From contig CM119265.1 in assembly GCA_051294375.1 (NCBI GenBank), forward strand, positions 25,033,256-25,097,255: a stretch of DNA of 64,000 nt, in the 5' to 3' direction. Every line of letters starts with the position of its first letter. Position 1 is the stretch's first letter. Shown piece after piece: positions 1-13,200 of the stretch. The notes beneath the pieces were generated by a model. The model was not told the DNA's origin. It worked only from the letters and a program-made list of their open reading frames with translations, and made no database searches. Source of the DNA: Paraspadella gotoi (Eukaryota; Animalia; Chaetognatha). A program made the position numbers and the translations under genes.

Positions 1-433
1 AGAATCTTTTATACTTTTTTCTTTTTTTTTCTATTTTTTTCCTTTAATCACTCAAACGAAAAAAAATGAGAAGCGAATCGGAAATTGATAAAACGCGTGG
101 CGCATTTATTTTTATTTAAGGAAGGGTGAGTGTCTGCTAAAAACAACCTGGGAGGAAATTAAAGAAAAAAAAAAAAAAGTAAAACTATAAATTTTATTTT
201 TTAACATATATTAAATTATCCTCCTTAGGAAACCTTAGATATATATACATATACATACGGTTAATTGAATCTATACATTCATCAATCTACCCAACCATAC
301 ATGCACTTGATCATCCGATCTATCCATCATTTCGTCAATTCGACATCCATCTATCCATCTGTTCATTCATCCTTTGAGAATTTACCCATCAGTCTATTCA
401 AATATTTATCCATTCATAAATCTTTCCTCCGAT

Positions 434-497
434 GTATCCATCCATCCATCCATCCATCCATCCATCCATCCATCCATCCATCCATCCATCCAACCAT
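434..497. repeat. (CCAT)n tetranucleotide microsatellite
   Basis: Direct run of catc/ccat units; source of the IHPS-repeat ORFs. Confidence 0.9.
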
Positions 498-594
498 CCG
501 ACCAGCTCACCATAATCCTTCGAATCCTAACTATCCAACCGTCTATCCATCTTATAAGTCCAACTATTTGTTTTCTACTGGTACCTCTTAAAGA

Positions 595-650
595 GGTTTA
601 AAACCCACCATAGCCAGTCCAAAGTCAGGGGCAAGATAGCGTATTTATAG
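595..650 (+). repeat. Fragment of dispersed repeat family A
   Basis: catagccagtccaaagtcaggggcaagatagc is identical to 48531-48562 and similar to 36920-36950. Confidence 0.7.
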
Positions 651-689
651 TTATATATGCAAACTTTGTACCGAACGGCTCGAGTGCTA

Positions 690-2018
690 TAGCTTTGTAT
701 TACAAAGCTGTTCTTTCTCCGTTGCTCACAATGTTGCGAATTTCCGAAATGGCTGTAACCAGTGTAGCCCCGCACTTCAGCTGGGTTAGACGGCACTTTC
801 AGCTTTCATGTGTGCGCTACAGATGCTGCAGCTTGAGGTAGCTGAGTATGATTGAATTTTAAATTTTCTACGGCAAACATCATTGGTCAGTTGGACGCGT
901 AAATTGGACGGATTGGTTGAAATGTCTTTTGGGAGTGTAATGCCTCAAAAGAGACCATATTTCCATAAATTCAATTCGTGTGTTTTGAAGTAAATTAAAT
1001 AAGTTGTAAAGGAGACTCGAAGCAAAAAAACTTAAAAATCGTCTCACTGGATACGAAGTGATGCTAAAAAAAAAAAAGAAAATCCGGGTAAATCTCCCTG
1101 ATTGCATAAGCCTGTTTGCTGGCTGTCCTCTCTTCTCTCTCTCTCATCGACACCGAGGTGAGGACCTGTGTCGTTCTGGGGTTCCCCTCGTTTGTCGAGA
1201 AAGCTACGTAGTCCGGCCGTTCCTATTCTGTTGACTCCAATAACGGTCTCCGCGAAGTGCCATACTTTCTAGGAAGATAACGGTTTATCTTAAATAAAAA
1301 ATATATACATGATTTCACTCATTGCGCTTACCTAGCAACCTCAATACACCTATCAAAAAAATCCTCACAATCTCTCCATATAGTTCCAGCCCGAAAATCC
1401 CGAATATAATAAAATCCGAACTACTATAATCAAAGGTGCCAAAAACCTCGCGTGGCTCCTTGTAGTTAGTCATGTATCTTCTTCTTTTGCATAGTTAAAA
1501 ATTTTCAAACTCACCATGTATCGGCGAAACGATATCCGATAAACCTTCAAGCATTTCCTTTCAATTTCCTCCGAAATTCATCGACGAATTCCACAAAAAG
1601 AGCGATGTGTTCGTCTCTCACACTTGCACCGTCGAAAAAGAAAATCTGGGTCCACCCCAGTGCCAGCGCAAGCCCGCGTCCACTGTGGGCACGAGATATC
1701 GCGACACATACTACTGGACAATGGGTCAGGGCCGCAGCATTGCTACACTCCTGTAATCATAGGCTATGTACCTGTTCTGTTCGTAGATGACGTCCTTGGA
1801 CCGGTGACGGCGACGCATTTGGAGGCGTGGAAGAAAAAGTAACTTGGGAGAGTCCGGACACCGAGGAGCGCGTTCGAACAGATCGTGCGGCTGTCGGACA
1901 GATTGGTTCCGGACTTTGAGAAGTCCGCTTTGCGGATCGACGCGGAGCAGGGATGCGACGAAAGTTGAACGAGGCAAATAATCAGGGCGACTCTGGGCGA
2001 AGGCGTTTCATCTTCTTC
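690..2018 (-). other. Possible exons of an unidentified minus-strand gene in error-rich sequence
   Basis: GC-richer blocks at about 690-845, 880-1063, 1155-1270 and 1515-2018; the last is bounded by minus-strand ctaacag acceptor (~2019) and gtgag donor (1510-1514); frames broken, no recognisable domain. Confidence 0.25.
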
Positions 2019-2108
2019 TGTTAGGGTTTTTTAATTCATTTGTGGGTTATTCTGAAACTATTATTTTTTATATAATATGAAGTATAAACTTTTTTCTTAA
2101 TTACTATC

Positions 2109-2283
2109 GGTGGACTAATAATCCACCAACCCTTTATCAGCGGCTCAGTTGCGTTCCGGAGGCAATCATTCGCCCTCCCAACGCCAAAGGTCCGGAGGTT
2201 CTATCCCGGTGGTCCTCGTCTGGCAGTTAAGAGGGACGGGGCGCTTAACCCGCCTGTAACATGGGTGTTACATGCCCGATCCG
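2109..2283 (+). mobile_element. tRNA-derived SINE-like element, noisier copy
   Basis: Aligns by eye to 22365-22527; both share gggacggggcgcttaacccgcctgtaaca. Confidence 0.6.
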
Positions 2284-5200
2284 AACGCTCAGGGACTGCT
2301 TATATTGAACCGGTTCTGTCATTAACATTTTATCAATAATTGCTGTCTCTTCTTACTATTAATATGGTAATACTTGAGACAAAGTAATTTAAAGAATTCA
2401 AGCGTGACAAATAAACTTCAAATCAATATTAAAACAATTCTATACACTTTAAATACTACGTCCAGAGTAATATCACACACTTCTCAAAAAATTCCTCTTC
2501 TTAGCAATAACGTATAATTTTGTAATACTTCATCATGCTTCGCACTAAACAAGAAGACTAATTAATAAAGGCGACATTAGTCCGTACGTTGTGACGTAGA
2601 CTTATTTTCACAATTATACTCAACGCACCGAGCGAGAGGTACTGGTATAGGAGAAAGTTATTTTTAGGTTGTAATTAAGATGAGTGTCCTGGGAAGGTTG
2701 TACGCTGTATGGTTTTTAGCGAACTAGATTTCTTTGATTGTTTGTCTCTAGCGCGTCGATTTCATTTCTATAATATGTAAATATACGGGCACGTCAGGAG
2801 TCGCCTGAGCGGTCCAGAGAGCCTGGATGCGTATGTATAGATTTTTTGAGATAGAGAGTATCATTATAATTATATATATTAATGTCGGTATATCTATGAT
2901 CCCACTATAATCTATGGTCTCACGATTTATACAAAATAATGTAGATGAATTATCTCGGCCTGAGAGAGGAGACTTTATAACAGATGTCAGAATATGTAAA
3001 AGATAAAAGATAAGAACTCAGTTGCACAGAGAGTATCCATTCAGGTAACGAGCTGAAGCACGACAGCAACGTCGATTGGAACGAATGCGATAAGAGAGTC
3101 CCAAACGGATGAAAGATATTTCTCTTTTTAGTGAGAATAGTAAGAACGCCATGAACACGGGCGTCCATATTACGACAGGCGGACAGACATCCCATCCAGT
3201 ATCGTGCAGCATGAGCGCAACAGAACAGAAATATTGTATGAAGCGCTGGAATCGAGAGTCTTGACGGGAAGGAGAGAAGTCGTTGGAGGTGGAGTTTGGT
3301 ATATGCTATACACAGTATGGATACCCTGCTCTAATCTATTCTCGATAGAAAAATGGCCGAGCCAATCGAGACAAAGTGGAACGGCGTCTTGGAGACTAGG
3401 AATCCAAAGGTCTTCACACGGTTATCACAGAGACATCAAAAAACCAGAGGGAGGGTCCGCAATTAAATATGAGACGAGATACATAACACGCACACAACAG
3501 AACGAGTAAGCGTAGCGCGAATCGAAAGCAAACAAAGTGAAATAAAAAGGTAGCAGATAAGAAGAGAACCCAGTGGAGCTGGATTAAAAACCTCAGAACA
3601 TCCAATAACAATATGGGACTAGGATAAAGGAGGGTTAACCGATGAGGAAGTGAGAGTCGGAGGGTGAGCGTGTACTGAAGGAGTCGATCATTCGATGCTT
3701 AGAGACGGACGGGAGTGAAGTCATAACGGACATAAGCGTGAACTCTAATATGGGGTGTAACCGAGGGAGACAATAGTAAAGACCAGAGTGGTAAGCAAAG
3801 AGAGGAGCGAGAGTATTAATAAGTAGGAGGGCAGACCAAACGAGAGTGAAACAAGCAGAGTGCGCTGGACAGTGCGGCGCGAAAAGATTCACACACGCAG
3901 GCGTGGAGGACAGGTGGGCGATTTATTAACGCGCTAAGGAACCCGAGGGTGGGAAGCGAGAGAGAGCGCATAGCACGTGTTCGCAGCGCAGATATCGGGG
4001 GGAAGTCGAGCTACGCCAGTTCTTCGATTAAAAAGCACACGTGCTGCGCGGAGGTTATATCTTTGTATCATCGTTCTCAGATCGTAATCTGTGTGGGAGA
4101 CAAGACTCGGAAGAAATATGTTGGAATAGTAAGAAACGCTCTATAAAAAGTATCGTTATCACTATGGCGTAGGTCGTATGTAGTAAGTTTGGTAGGTTTT
4201 TTATATGGGCGAATGGGGTGGTTAGTGAATATGTTGAGAGTGTAAGGAGGAATAATAGTTAGATATAGGAATAGAAGTATAATTATAATGGTAGTGTGGA
4301 GTATATATAGATAGGTGAGATATACAAGGTTAATATGGAAAATCTATGATGTAATCCCAGCAATATTGACAGATAAAAGGACGCTGAATTAACAGTACAA
4401 GAGAAAAAAGAAGAGAGATGAGAAGATGAATATTAACGTGTTAAATATAGAAACTCGAGATTTATAGAGAGAACTGCCTAATTCGGAGGACATAAATATG
4501 CACGATCCGTAACAAGACTCTCGATGAAAATTATCGTGAGATGAGTATGTATAATGATGGAGAGAGAGAACATGTCAGAAAATGTCAGTTGAGAGGAGAC
4601 ACGGAATATATATATAGAGTTGTATGAGAGTGGTTAGATAACCTAAGAGATATCTATAGCCATACTTGGACCTATAAGATATTGAGTATACTGTTAAAAG
4701 TGTACTAGTATAACTAAGTAGACGAAACAAGAAGAGAATTAGACGTATGAGACGAAGTAAATCGAAATGAGAATGCAATCAGACAGAGGAGAATTAGTAG
4801 AAGAGAAGACAGAGGAGGCGCGAACAATTAACAGAGGATTATGAAACACATTATCAGAAAAACATAGAGGGATTTTAATTCAGACTTAGTAACAAAGAGA
4901 AATGATAAACATAGACAGTATAAACTAAGAGGAATGAATGGAGAGAGTAACAAGAGAGATGATATAGAAGATGTAGATGAAACAACAGAGTAATGAGACA
5001 TAGTAATGAATGAATATATACCATGAGGAAATGAACAGAGATTAAGAAAAGAACAAAGTAAGAAGAACAAGAGGAATTAGGAGAAAAACAAGAGAAGAAC
5101 AAGAGGAGACAGAGAGAGAGCGTGTCATTAAATTATTAGAATATAGAGAAAAATTCTAATTTCATATATATCTTTCGTATAACCGAGAAGATATAACTTT

Positions 5201-7469
5201 TTCCGAGTAGCACACAAAGAACGTGATATTTTCACACCACGAATATATAGTGAAAATTACATGCATGGAAGTATTAAGTCACTTATCTCTTTACCACATA
5301 TAACACATATATCGATCCCGCAATTGTATAGTCGAGACAATTTGGCTTCACATGAGATAAGAAAGAGAACGAGAAGAAAGAAATTACACGAAAAGCAAAA
5401 TAGACGAGGTGAGGGATAATGAGGAGGCAAGAAACAGAGAAACCTGCACGTATGATAAGTGAAAGAGAAATACAGGCGAAATAGTAATAAACGTATACAC
5501 GAAGAAAGCGCAAAAAGCAAGGAGTATAATATAGAAAAGAAGAGTAGAGGAGACGGAGGAAAGGAGAAGAATATAGGTGCGAAAAAGTGAGAAAGAGAAA
5601 GAGTTAAGGAAGAGCATAGAAAAAGAGAATAGAGGAGAGGCAGGATATATGCAAGAATATAGGAGGCACGAAAGGTGACAAAGAGATATTTACGGAAGTG
5701 AAAGTGATTAAAAAGAAAAAGGAGGCGAGAAAAGAGAAAAAGAAATATGAATTGAGTTATAAGCGAAGAAATAAGGACAAGGAAAAATGTAAAATTATAC
5801 TGCATAGAGAAGGAAAAGAAATGAGCAGGAGTTGATAGACATATATCAGAGAGTCGGAGGCACCGTAAAGATCAAAACAATAATGATCGAGGATAAAGTA
5901 AAAAAAGATAGAGAGTGAGATGGAAAGGAAAACGAAAATATAATTGGAGAGTATATGATATAGAGAATGCAGGAGGAGCATATAACAGCAACAGTAAGAA
6001 GGAGAAAGCACAGGAGAGCAAAAGTAGAGAAAGAAAAAGTAAGGAAGATAGACGCACTAATCTCTATTTCGTGTATATATCTCGAGAGAGAGCTCAGCGA
6101 AGAGAAATGTTATAGATTTCAATGCGTGCTGTGAGGGCTATAGAGGCGCGGGCTATAGCGCGAGCCAGCCGCGAAGCTGACGCGGTCTGTGCGGCGATGC
6201 GTACTTATCGTTGAGTGTTTGAACTGCGGCCTCACCTTTTATGAGAGCGCCGAGGATATATTTCGTAGACATAAGGCCGTTCACCAGAGAGGAGAATATG
6301 GATATAGACAAGACGTTAAACGTGACCATGCATATTTTAGCGCGCAGAGAGAGAGAGTAGTCACTTATCATAGATTGTAAAGTGTAAGAGAGAATTTGAC
6401 GCGATGTATGATGAAGGAGAGGAGAGGACACCGTGTTTGGGTCGTTTTCGACATGAGAGGAACCAAAATTTTTATAAAAAAAAATAAATTCAAGGTAAAG
6501 AATAAAAAACCTAAGATGACAAAAAAAAAAAAGCTGCTCATGGAATAAGTTTCAAATTCCTATAGACACAAGAAAAGGTCGAGAGAGACGCGTTACGCTT
6601 TGTTAGTAACAAAAAGAAAGAGAAAAGAGAGATGAAGAGAGACAACACTATATACAGATTAACAGCACAAGAAAAAATAAAGATTGGAGAGAGAGAGGGA
6701 AGGAATGAGAGATAACACAAGAAGAGAGAGGACACAGGAGCCGCTCGACCGGTTTTTTTTTCTTTCGACCTGAAATCCGGAATCCAGATACAACGGGGAC
6801 GGCATCCACTGTGAGAACACGAGGATGATCTTGATATGCGATTCACCCCCCGAGAGCTCGCGGCCACGTCCCAGCGTTTCGCCCCTCGCTCCCTCACCCA
6901 GCCCTGCCCGTCTCGCAATGAGCGAACCCGGAGGGCGGTCGTGAGCGGCAATGAAGCGCACATGCATTTCTTACAGTCATCACGCACACAAATGGTGACC
7001 AGAGAGAGACCGCAGAGAGTAGCGTAGCTTGTCAACAGAGAAGAGCATCCATGCGCCTAAGAGAGTAATAGACGAGATGCACCCACAGATATGCGAGAGA
7101 CAAGAGAGGCGGGACCCTCGCATGAATTATTGATCACGACGATGAGCAGACACATGAGCCAACTATGTAGCTCTCCGTCCTCGTCTCACAATTGATATCG
7201 CCACTACTTATACTCCCGGTTAGGTCGGTCCTGGACAATTGAACGCCGAATATATTTCTTAATATATCCGCCAACTCTAGTAACCGATTAAATGCTAAGC
7301 TCGTCTCTATGCTACACATGACACATCCGTATAATGCAAGCGAGAGAGCAGACGAGATGAGAGAGAGAAGGCCCACAGAGATACCGAGACGCACGAGAGA
7401 GCGCCTCGATATGCTACGGACGCGCAGCACAGACAGAGAGTCGAGTCTACAGAGAGAGGAGAAAACAGA

Positions 7470-7578
7470 GATCCAAGAGCCCGTTCTCCGGTCACAAAGG
7501 TTGCCAATCCGAACCGCAGGGCGGCGGGAATGAAGCAAAATTGAATTAAGATAGAACGAAAATAGAGAGAGAGAGAGA

Positions 7579-7621
<43 letters not shown>

Positions 7622-7875
7622 GAGGGGGAGAGAGAGAAGAGAAGAGAGAGAGAGAGAGAGAGATGCAGAGGAGTATGTAGAGAGGGGAGAGAGAGAGAGA
7701 AGAGAGAGAGGGAGAGAGAGAGCAGAGAGAGAGACAGAGACAAGAGCCCGTCTTCGCAAATGAAGCGATACCGAGGTGGGCGGAAATAAAGCGAAAATTG
7801 AATTAAGATGAGAACAAGAAAATGGGACGAGAGAGAGAGGAAAGAGAAGAGAGAGAGAGAGAAGAGAGAAGAGAG

Positions 7876-7911
<36 letters not shown>

Positions 7912-8568
7912 GGGAGAGAGAGAGAGAACCGAGAGACATGAGACAAGCAGCCCAGTCTCAGCAAATGAAAGCGAACCGAGGGGCGAATGAAGCGAATTGA
8001 AATTAAGATGAGAAACGAAAGTGGGAAGAGAGAGAGAGAAGAGAGAGAGAGAGGAGAGAGAGGAGAGAGGAGAGAGAGAGAGAGAGAGAGAGGGGAGAGA
8101 AAGAGAGAGAGCAGGAGAGAGAGATGAGACGAGAGAAACAGAAGATCAAGAGCCGTCTCCAAGTCAAATGAAGCGAAAATACCGAGGGGGGAGCGGTAAA
8201 GATGAAGCGAAAAATTGAATTAAGATGAGAACGAAAATGGGAAGAGAGAGCACGAGAAGAAGAGAGAGAGAGAAGGGGAGAGAGAGAGAGAGAAGAGAGA
8301 GAGAGAGCGAGAGAGAGAGAGAGAGAGAGCAGGAGAGAAGAGATAGAGAGGGAGAGAGAGAGAGAGAGAGAAGAATAGAAGAGAGAGACGAGAGAGAGAG
8401 AGAGAGAGAGAAGAGAGAGGGGGAGAGAGATGAGAGAGAGAGAGAGAGAAGAGAGAGAAGAGAGAGAGAGAGAGACAAAGAAGCCCGTCTCGCAAATGGA
8501 AGCGAACCAGAGGGGGCGGGAAAATGAAGCGAAAATTGAATTAAGATGAGAACGAAAATGGGCAAGAG

Positions 8569-8630
<62 letters not shown>

Positions 8631-8860
8631 GGGAGAGAAGAGAGGAGAAGAGAGAGACGAGAGAGAGAGAGAGAAGAGAGACAAGCCCGTCTCGCAAAAT
8701 GAAGCGAAACCGAGGGGCGAAATGAAGCGAAAAATTGAATTAAAAGATGAGAACGAAGAATGGTGAAGAGAAGAGAGAGAGAGAGAGGAGAGGAGAGAGA
8801 GAGAGAGAGAGAGAGAAGAGAGAGAGGGGAGAGAGAGAGAGAGAGAGAGAAGAGAGAAGG

Positions 8861-8898
<38 letters not shown>

Positions 8899-9179
8899 AG
8901 AGCCCGTCTCGCAAATGAAGCGAAACCGAGGGGCGAAATGAAGCGAAAATTGAATAAGAGATGAACGAAAATGGAAAAGAGAGAGAGAGAGAAGACGAGA
9001 GAGAGAGAGAGAGAAGAGAGAGAGAGAAGGGGAGAGAAGAGAGAAGAAGAAGAGAGAGAGAGAGAACGAGAGAGAAAGAGAGAGAGAGAGAGACAAGAGC
9101 CCGTCTCAGCAAATGAACGCGAACCGAGGGGCGGAAAAAATGAAGCGAAATTGAAATTAAGATGAGAACGAAAATGGGA

Positions 9180-9212
<33 letters not shown>

Positions 9213-9232
9213 GGGAAGCAGAGAGAGAGAGA

Positions 9233-9263
<31 letters not shown>

Positions 9264-9363
9264 AGAGAAGAGAGAGAGAGACAAGAGCCCGACTCGCAGA
9301 ATAGAAGCGAACCGAGGGGCGGAAATGAAGGCGAAAATATGAATAAGATGAGGAACAAAATTG

Positions 9364-9394
<31 letters not shown>

Positions 9395-9395
9395 C

Positions 9396-9426
<31 letters not shown>

Positions 9427-9576
9427 AGAGAGAGGGGAGAAGAGAAGAGAGAGAGAAGAGAGAAGAGAGAGAAGAGAGAGAGGAGAAGAACAAGAAGCCC
9501 AGTCATCGCAGAAATGAAGCGAACCGAGGGGGACGTGAAATGAAGCGAAAAATTGATTAAGATGAGAACGAAAATG

Positions 9577-9608
<32 letters not shown>

Positions 9609-9809
9609 AGGAGAGAGAGAGAGAGAGAGACGAGAAGAGAGAGAGAGGGGAAGAGAGAGAGAGAGAGAGAGGAGAGAGGAGCAGAGAGAGAGAGAGAGAG
9701 ACAACGAGCCCGTCTCGCAACATAGAAGCGAACGCGAGGGGGCGGAAATGAAGCGAAAAATTGAATTAAGATTGAGAACGAAAATGGGAAAGAGAGAGAG
9801 AGGAGAGAG

Positions 9810-9842
<33 letters not shown>

Positions 9843-9852
9843 AGAGAGAAGG

Positions 9853-9885
<33 letters not shown>

Positions 9886-9990
9886 CGAGAAGAGAGAGAG
9901 ACAAAGAACCCGTCTCGCAAATGTAAAGGCGAACCGAGGGCGGAAAATGAAGCGAAAATTGAATTAAGATGAAAAGAACGACAAATGGGA

Positions 9991-10041
<51 letters not shown>

Positions 10042-10225
10042 CCGGAGGGAGGAGAGAGAAGCAGAGAAGAGAGAGAGACGAGCAGAAGGAGAGAGAGAGA
10101 GAGAGAGAGAGAGACAAGACCCGTCTCACGGCAATCAGAAAGCGAACCGAGGGGCGGGAAATGAAGCGATAAATTGAAAATTAAAGATGGAGAAACGAAA
10201 AAATGGGAAGAGAGAGAGAGAGAAG
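7470..10225. repeat. Compound tandem array of about 13 units (~200 bp): (GA)n tract plus conserved ~80-bp spacer
   Basis: Spacer ACAAGAGCCCGTCTCGCAAATGAAGCGAACCGAGGGGCGGAAATGAAGCGAAAATTGAATTAAGATGAGAACGAAAATGGGAA recurs near 7473, 7741, 7943, 8147, 8476, 8680, 8896, 9092, 9281, 9490, 9701, 9901, 10113. Confidence 0.9.
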
Positions 10226-13200
10226 TCGTCACGGCCATGAAACGATAAGTTACGGGACGAGAGGTAGATACACAGTGTCCCACATTAGAAGAGCCTAAAA
10301 ACGTTAACAAGGGCAAACTACCCACCAAAGGGTCTGACAAAGAGCGAAAGCAAATCTTGAGCAGGAGAGCAGCACCGACGTGTAGCACTCCAGGCCACAG
10401 CCTCTCTCTCTATCTCGTCTGACGCTCATCAGAAAGTCTCATCTTCTCTCTCGCTCTCCCTCTCTCTTTTCTCTTTTTTTTATGTCTACGAACTCTTTCG
10501 AATTAAAAATTCCAAACAAACTATTCGCTCTATTTTCCCGAGTTCCCCCTTTTTTGGTCGCTTTTCCCAAAAAAGAAATTAATTTTTAACCTAAAATATA
10601 TTTTTAAAACTCATAAAATACTTATCCTAACTCTAATCCCCAAACCCTAATCCCTAATCTACCTAAATCAATCAACCCTTATGAATTTACGCGGGGCGTT
10701 TTGGGTTTCCTTCCTCCTTTTCTTCCTCATACCTTCCTACTTCCTTCGCTTCTTGAGCTCTTTACAGTCACGATCCTTTTCTCAGCTCCGTGTACGTATG
10801 TTCTCGCTTATTCCGCGAACGTGATGTCCCTGCCGACCAGCTCGTACGGTCAAGTGCGCGGTTTTAACGTTGTTTCGCATCATCGAATCCTCAGCGACGA
10901 TGAACGCGGCCGGCTTTCCCTTACGTTAACCCCCCCTCTCCGTCATCACCTTACCAGGAGTAGAGGCCCGACGCCAGCGAACTCCAACGACGTCTCTCCG
11001 TTCAAGGAACCCTTTCCACTCCCGCCCATTTTGGACGTACCCCTTTCGTGGTCCTTCGTGCTGACCTGGTAACGTCACGGCCCCACTTTCGCGCAGCCAC
11101 CATTCCGGTGTACGCCCTCGTTTCTTCGGCCCGACAGACACGCCCCCCTACTTCATACGTTGAGAATAAGATTCGCCCCTGCGAAATAGGATTCGAGTAA
11201 GGCGGGGTCAGTTGGGCCCGCGGTTGGGAAAAAGTGGTTCTGTTTTTATTTCCACGACCGGAAATTGAACATGGTAAGTGTTAAAATTTTATTATAGGGC
11301 ACGTAATTTAACGAATAGATATTTTGCAGCTACTTGAAACAGAAATCAGTTAACAACTTTTAATTTAATATATTACTATTTTCGAATACTTAATAATTAA
11401 TAATAAAAAATAAATAATAAAGTACTACAAGAACGAAAAAAATCAAAAAGAAATTGCTCTAAAGAAATTTGGTATCACTTGGACAAATATGTTTCTTGCG
11501 TATAAACGAGACGATAATCTTGGCGCTCGAAAATATGAAAAATGCATCGTTGAGTTGTTTTTTGGCTTTAGAATTGGTCTTTTAAACCTCTGAGTAGTGA
11601 GTCAAGGTCTCTGTACTCAATCTCTCTCTGCTCCCCACACAACGCCCTTAATATTTCTCCCTACATACTAATCATTTCTTTACCACATCAACACGCACCA
11701 GACCAGGCTTACAACCCCATCATATCCACCTAATCAGCCGCTCCCACTTACCACCTCCCCTTCAACTCCATTCTCGTATCGAGAGGCGGGGACATTGTAT
11801 TCCGACCGAAACGACGAGAGAAACCTATAAACTTCTCCGTTTTGAATTTTTTACAACATACCTATTTCTTCTAGTCTCTCTCATCTCTCGTCTCAGACTC
11901 TCTCGTCGTCCTCTCTCATCAGCCTACCTTCCGTCATCTCAGTCTCCTCTCTTCTTCTCTCATCTCTCCTCATCTTCTCCTTCCCCGGAAATAATTTTTC
12001 TCGTACGGTCCTTCTTTCTTCTCACGTAGGTGAACTCGTCTCTACTTTAAGATTCTTGAATTCGTTCCTCCCCTCGCTTTGGGCTCCCTCTCTCACCTAA
12101 AAATTCTCTCTTCTCTCCGTCTCTCATCGTCAGTCTCTCTCCTTCTCTCCTCATCTTCTCTTCCCCGATATTTTCAATAAACGTAGCGGTCCTTTCTTAT
12201 CTTATCCTACAACGTAGGGTGAACTCGTCTCTCATCTATTCCTTGAATCGTTCCCCCCATAAGTCCTCGCTTTGCTCCCTCGACGTCGACGTAAAGATAT
12301 CTCTTCTCATCTCTGTCTCGACTCTCTCTAGCATCTCTCTCAAATTCTCTTCTTCGTCCTCTCTCTCTCTCATCTCTCTTAGTCTCCTCTCTCATCGTCT
12401 CTCATCTCTCTCGGAAAATAACTTTATTTTCTCTCGGCCAATGTTCAAAGCAAAAAAGACGACGTCGTTAAATTCAAAATAAGTTTTAAATACTTTACGC
12501 TATGCACGCTGTGGAATTTCAAGGAAGTATTTTTTTTTTTCTTTCTCCGTCCGCTGGTCGTCCGTCGTCAGTCCGTCGTCGTCGTCACCATCATTTCTTT
12601 TGCCTTCCGTCGTCGTCTTCCGTCACCGACGGTCCGCGGCAGCCTCGCTTAACCATGCAGAGATAACTCCCCCTTTGCCCCCTCCGCCCGTCCCCTCCCC
12701 CCGGTTGCTCCACAAATCCCCCTCGCGCATTCTTCGATTCTTCTTCACCCACCTTACCATCCTTCATCTCCGTACCCTCCAATGTTCCCGGGGGATTTGA
12801 ATTAATAGCAGAGAAAATTGGAATCCCGACGTTCATCGCTCTGCATTCGCTTTTCAGAAACCGAGAAAGGCTCACTACAGCATATATAAGCTACTAATAA
12901 GCTAGCACATTTATGGCCTGCCGAGAATCTTCCATGGTTAGCCCAAGAATTTGAAAAGCTTTTACGAAGTTATATCGGCTACGGTGATACTATAACTCTA
13001 AACGAACTGAAAACTCTTAACATGGTCTTTCACAGCTTTCCTTGTTTTTTTGCCATTCAGCCGCGTACACAGGAGGTCCTCTTAATGATCGGAATTTTTT
13101 TTTTTCTGAAATGAAAAATTTGGACTAAGTAAGAACGATAACAGATAACGATTCGAATGATAGGAAAAACGTACAAAACATATATCTAAAGATTTCAATA

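Noticed and set aside
7470-10225. CRISPR-like repeat-spacer appearance
   Set aside because: Eukaryotic context, ~80-bp constant unit, intervening DNA is microsatellite rather than unique spacers, no cas genes
7307-10388. Long SL/RE-rich ORFs (up to 615 aa)
   Set aside because: Translations of (CT/GA)n tracts, which lack stop codons by composition
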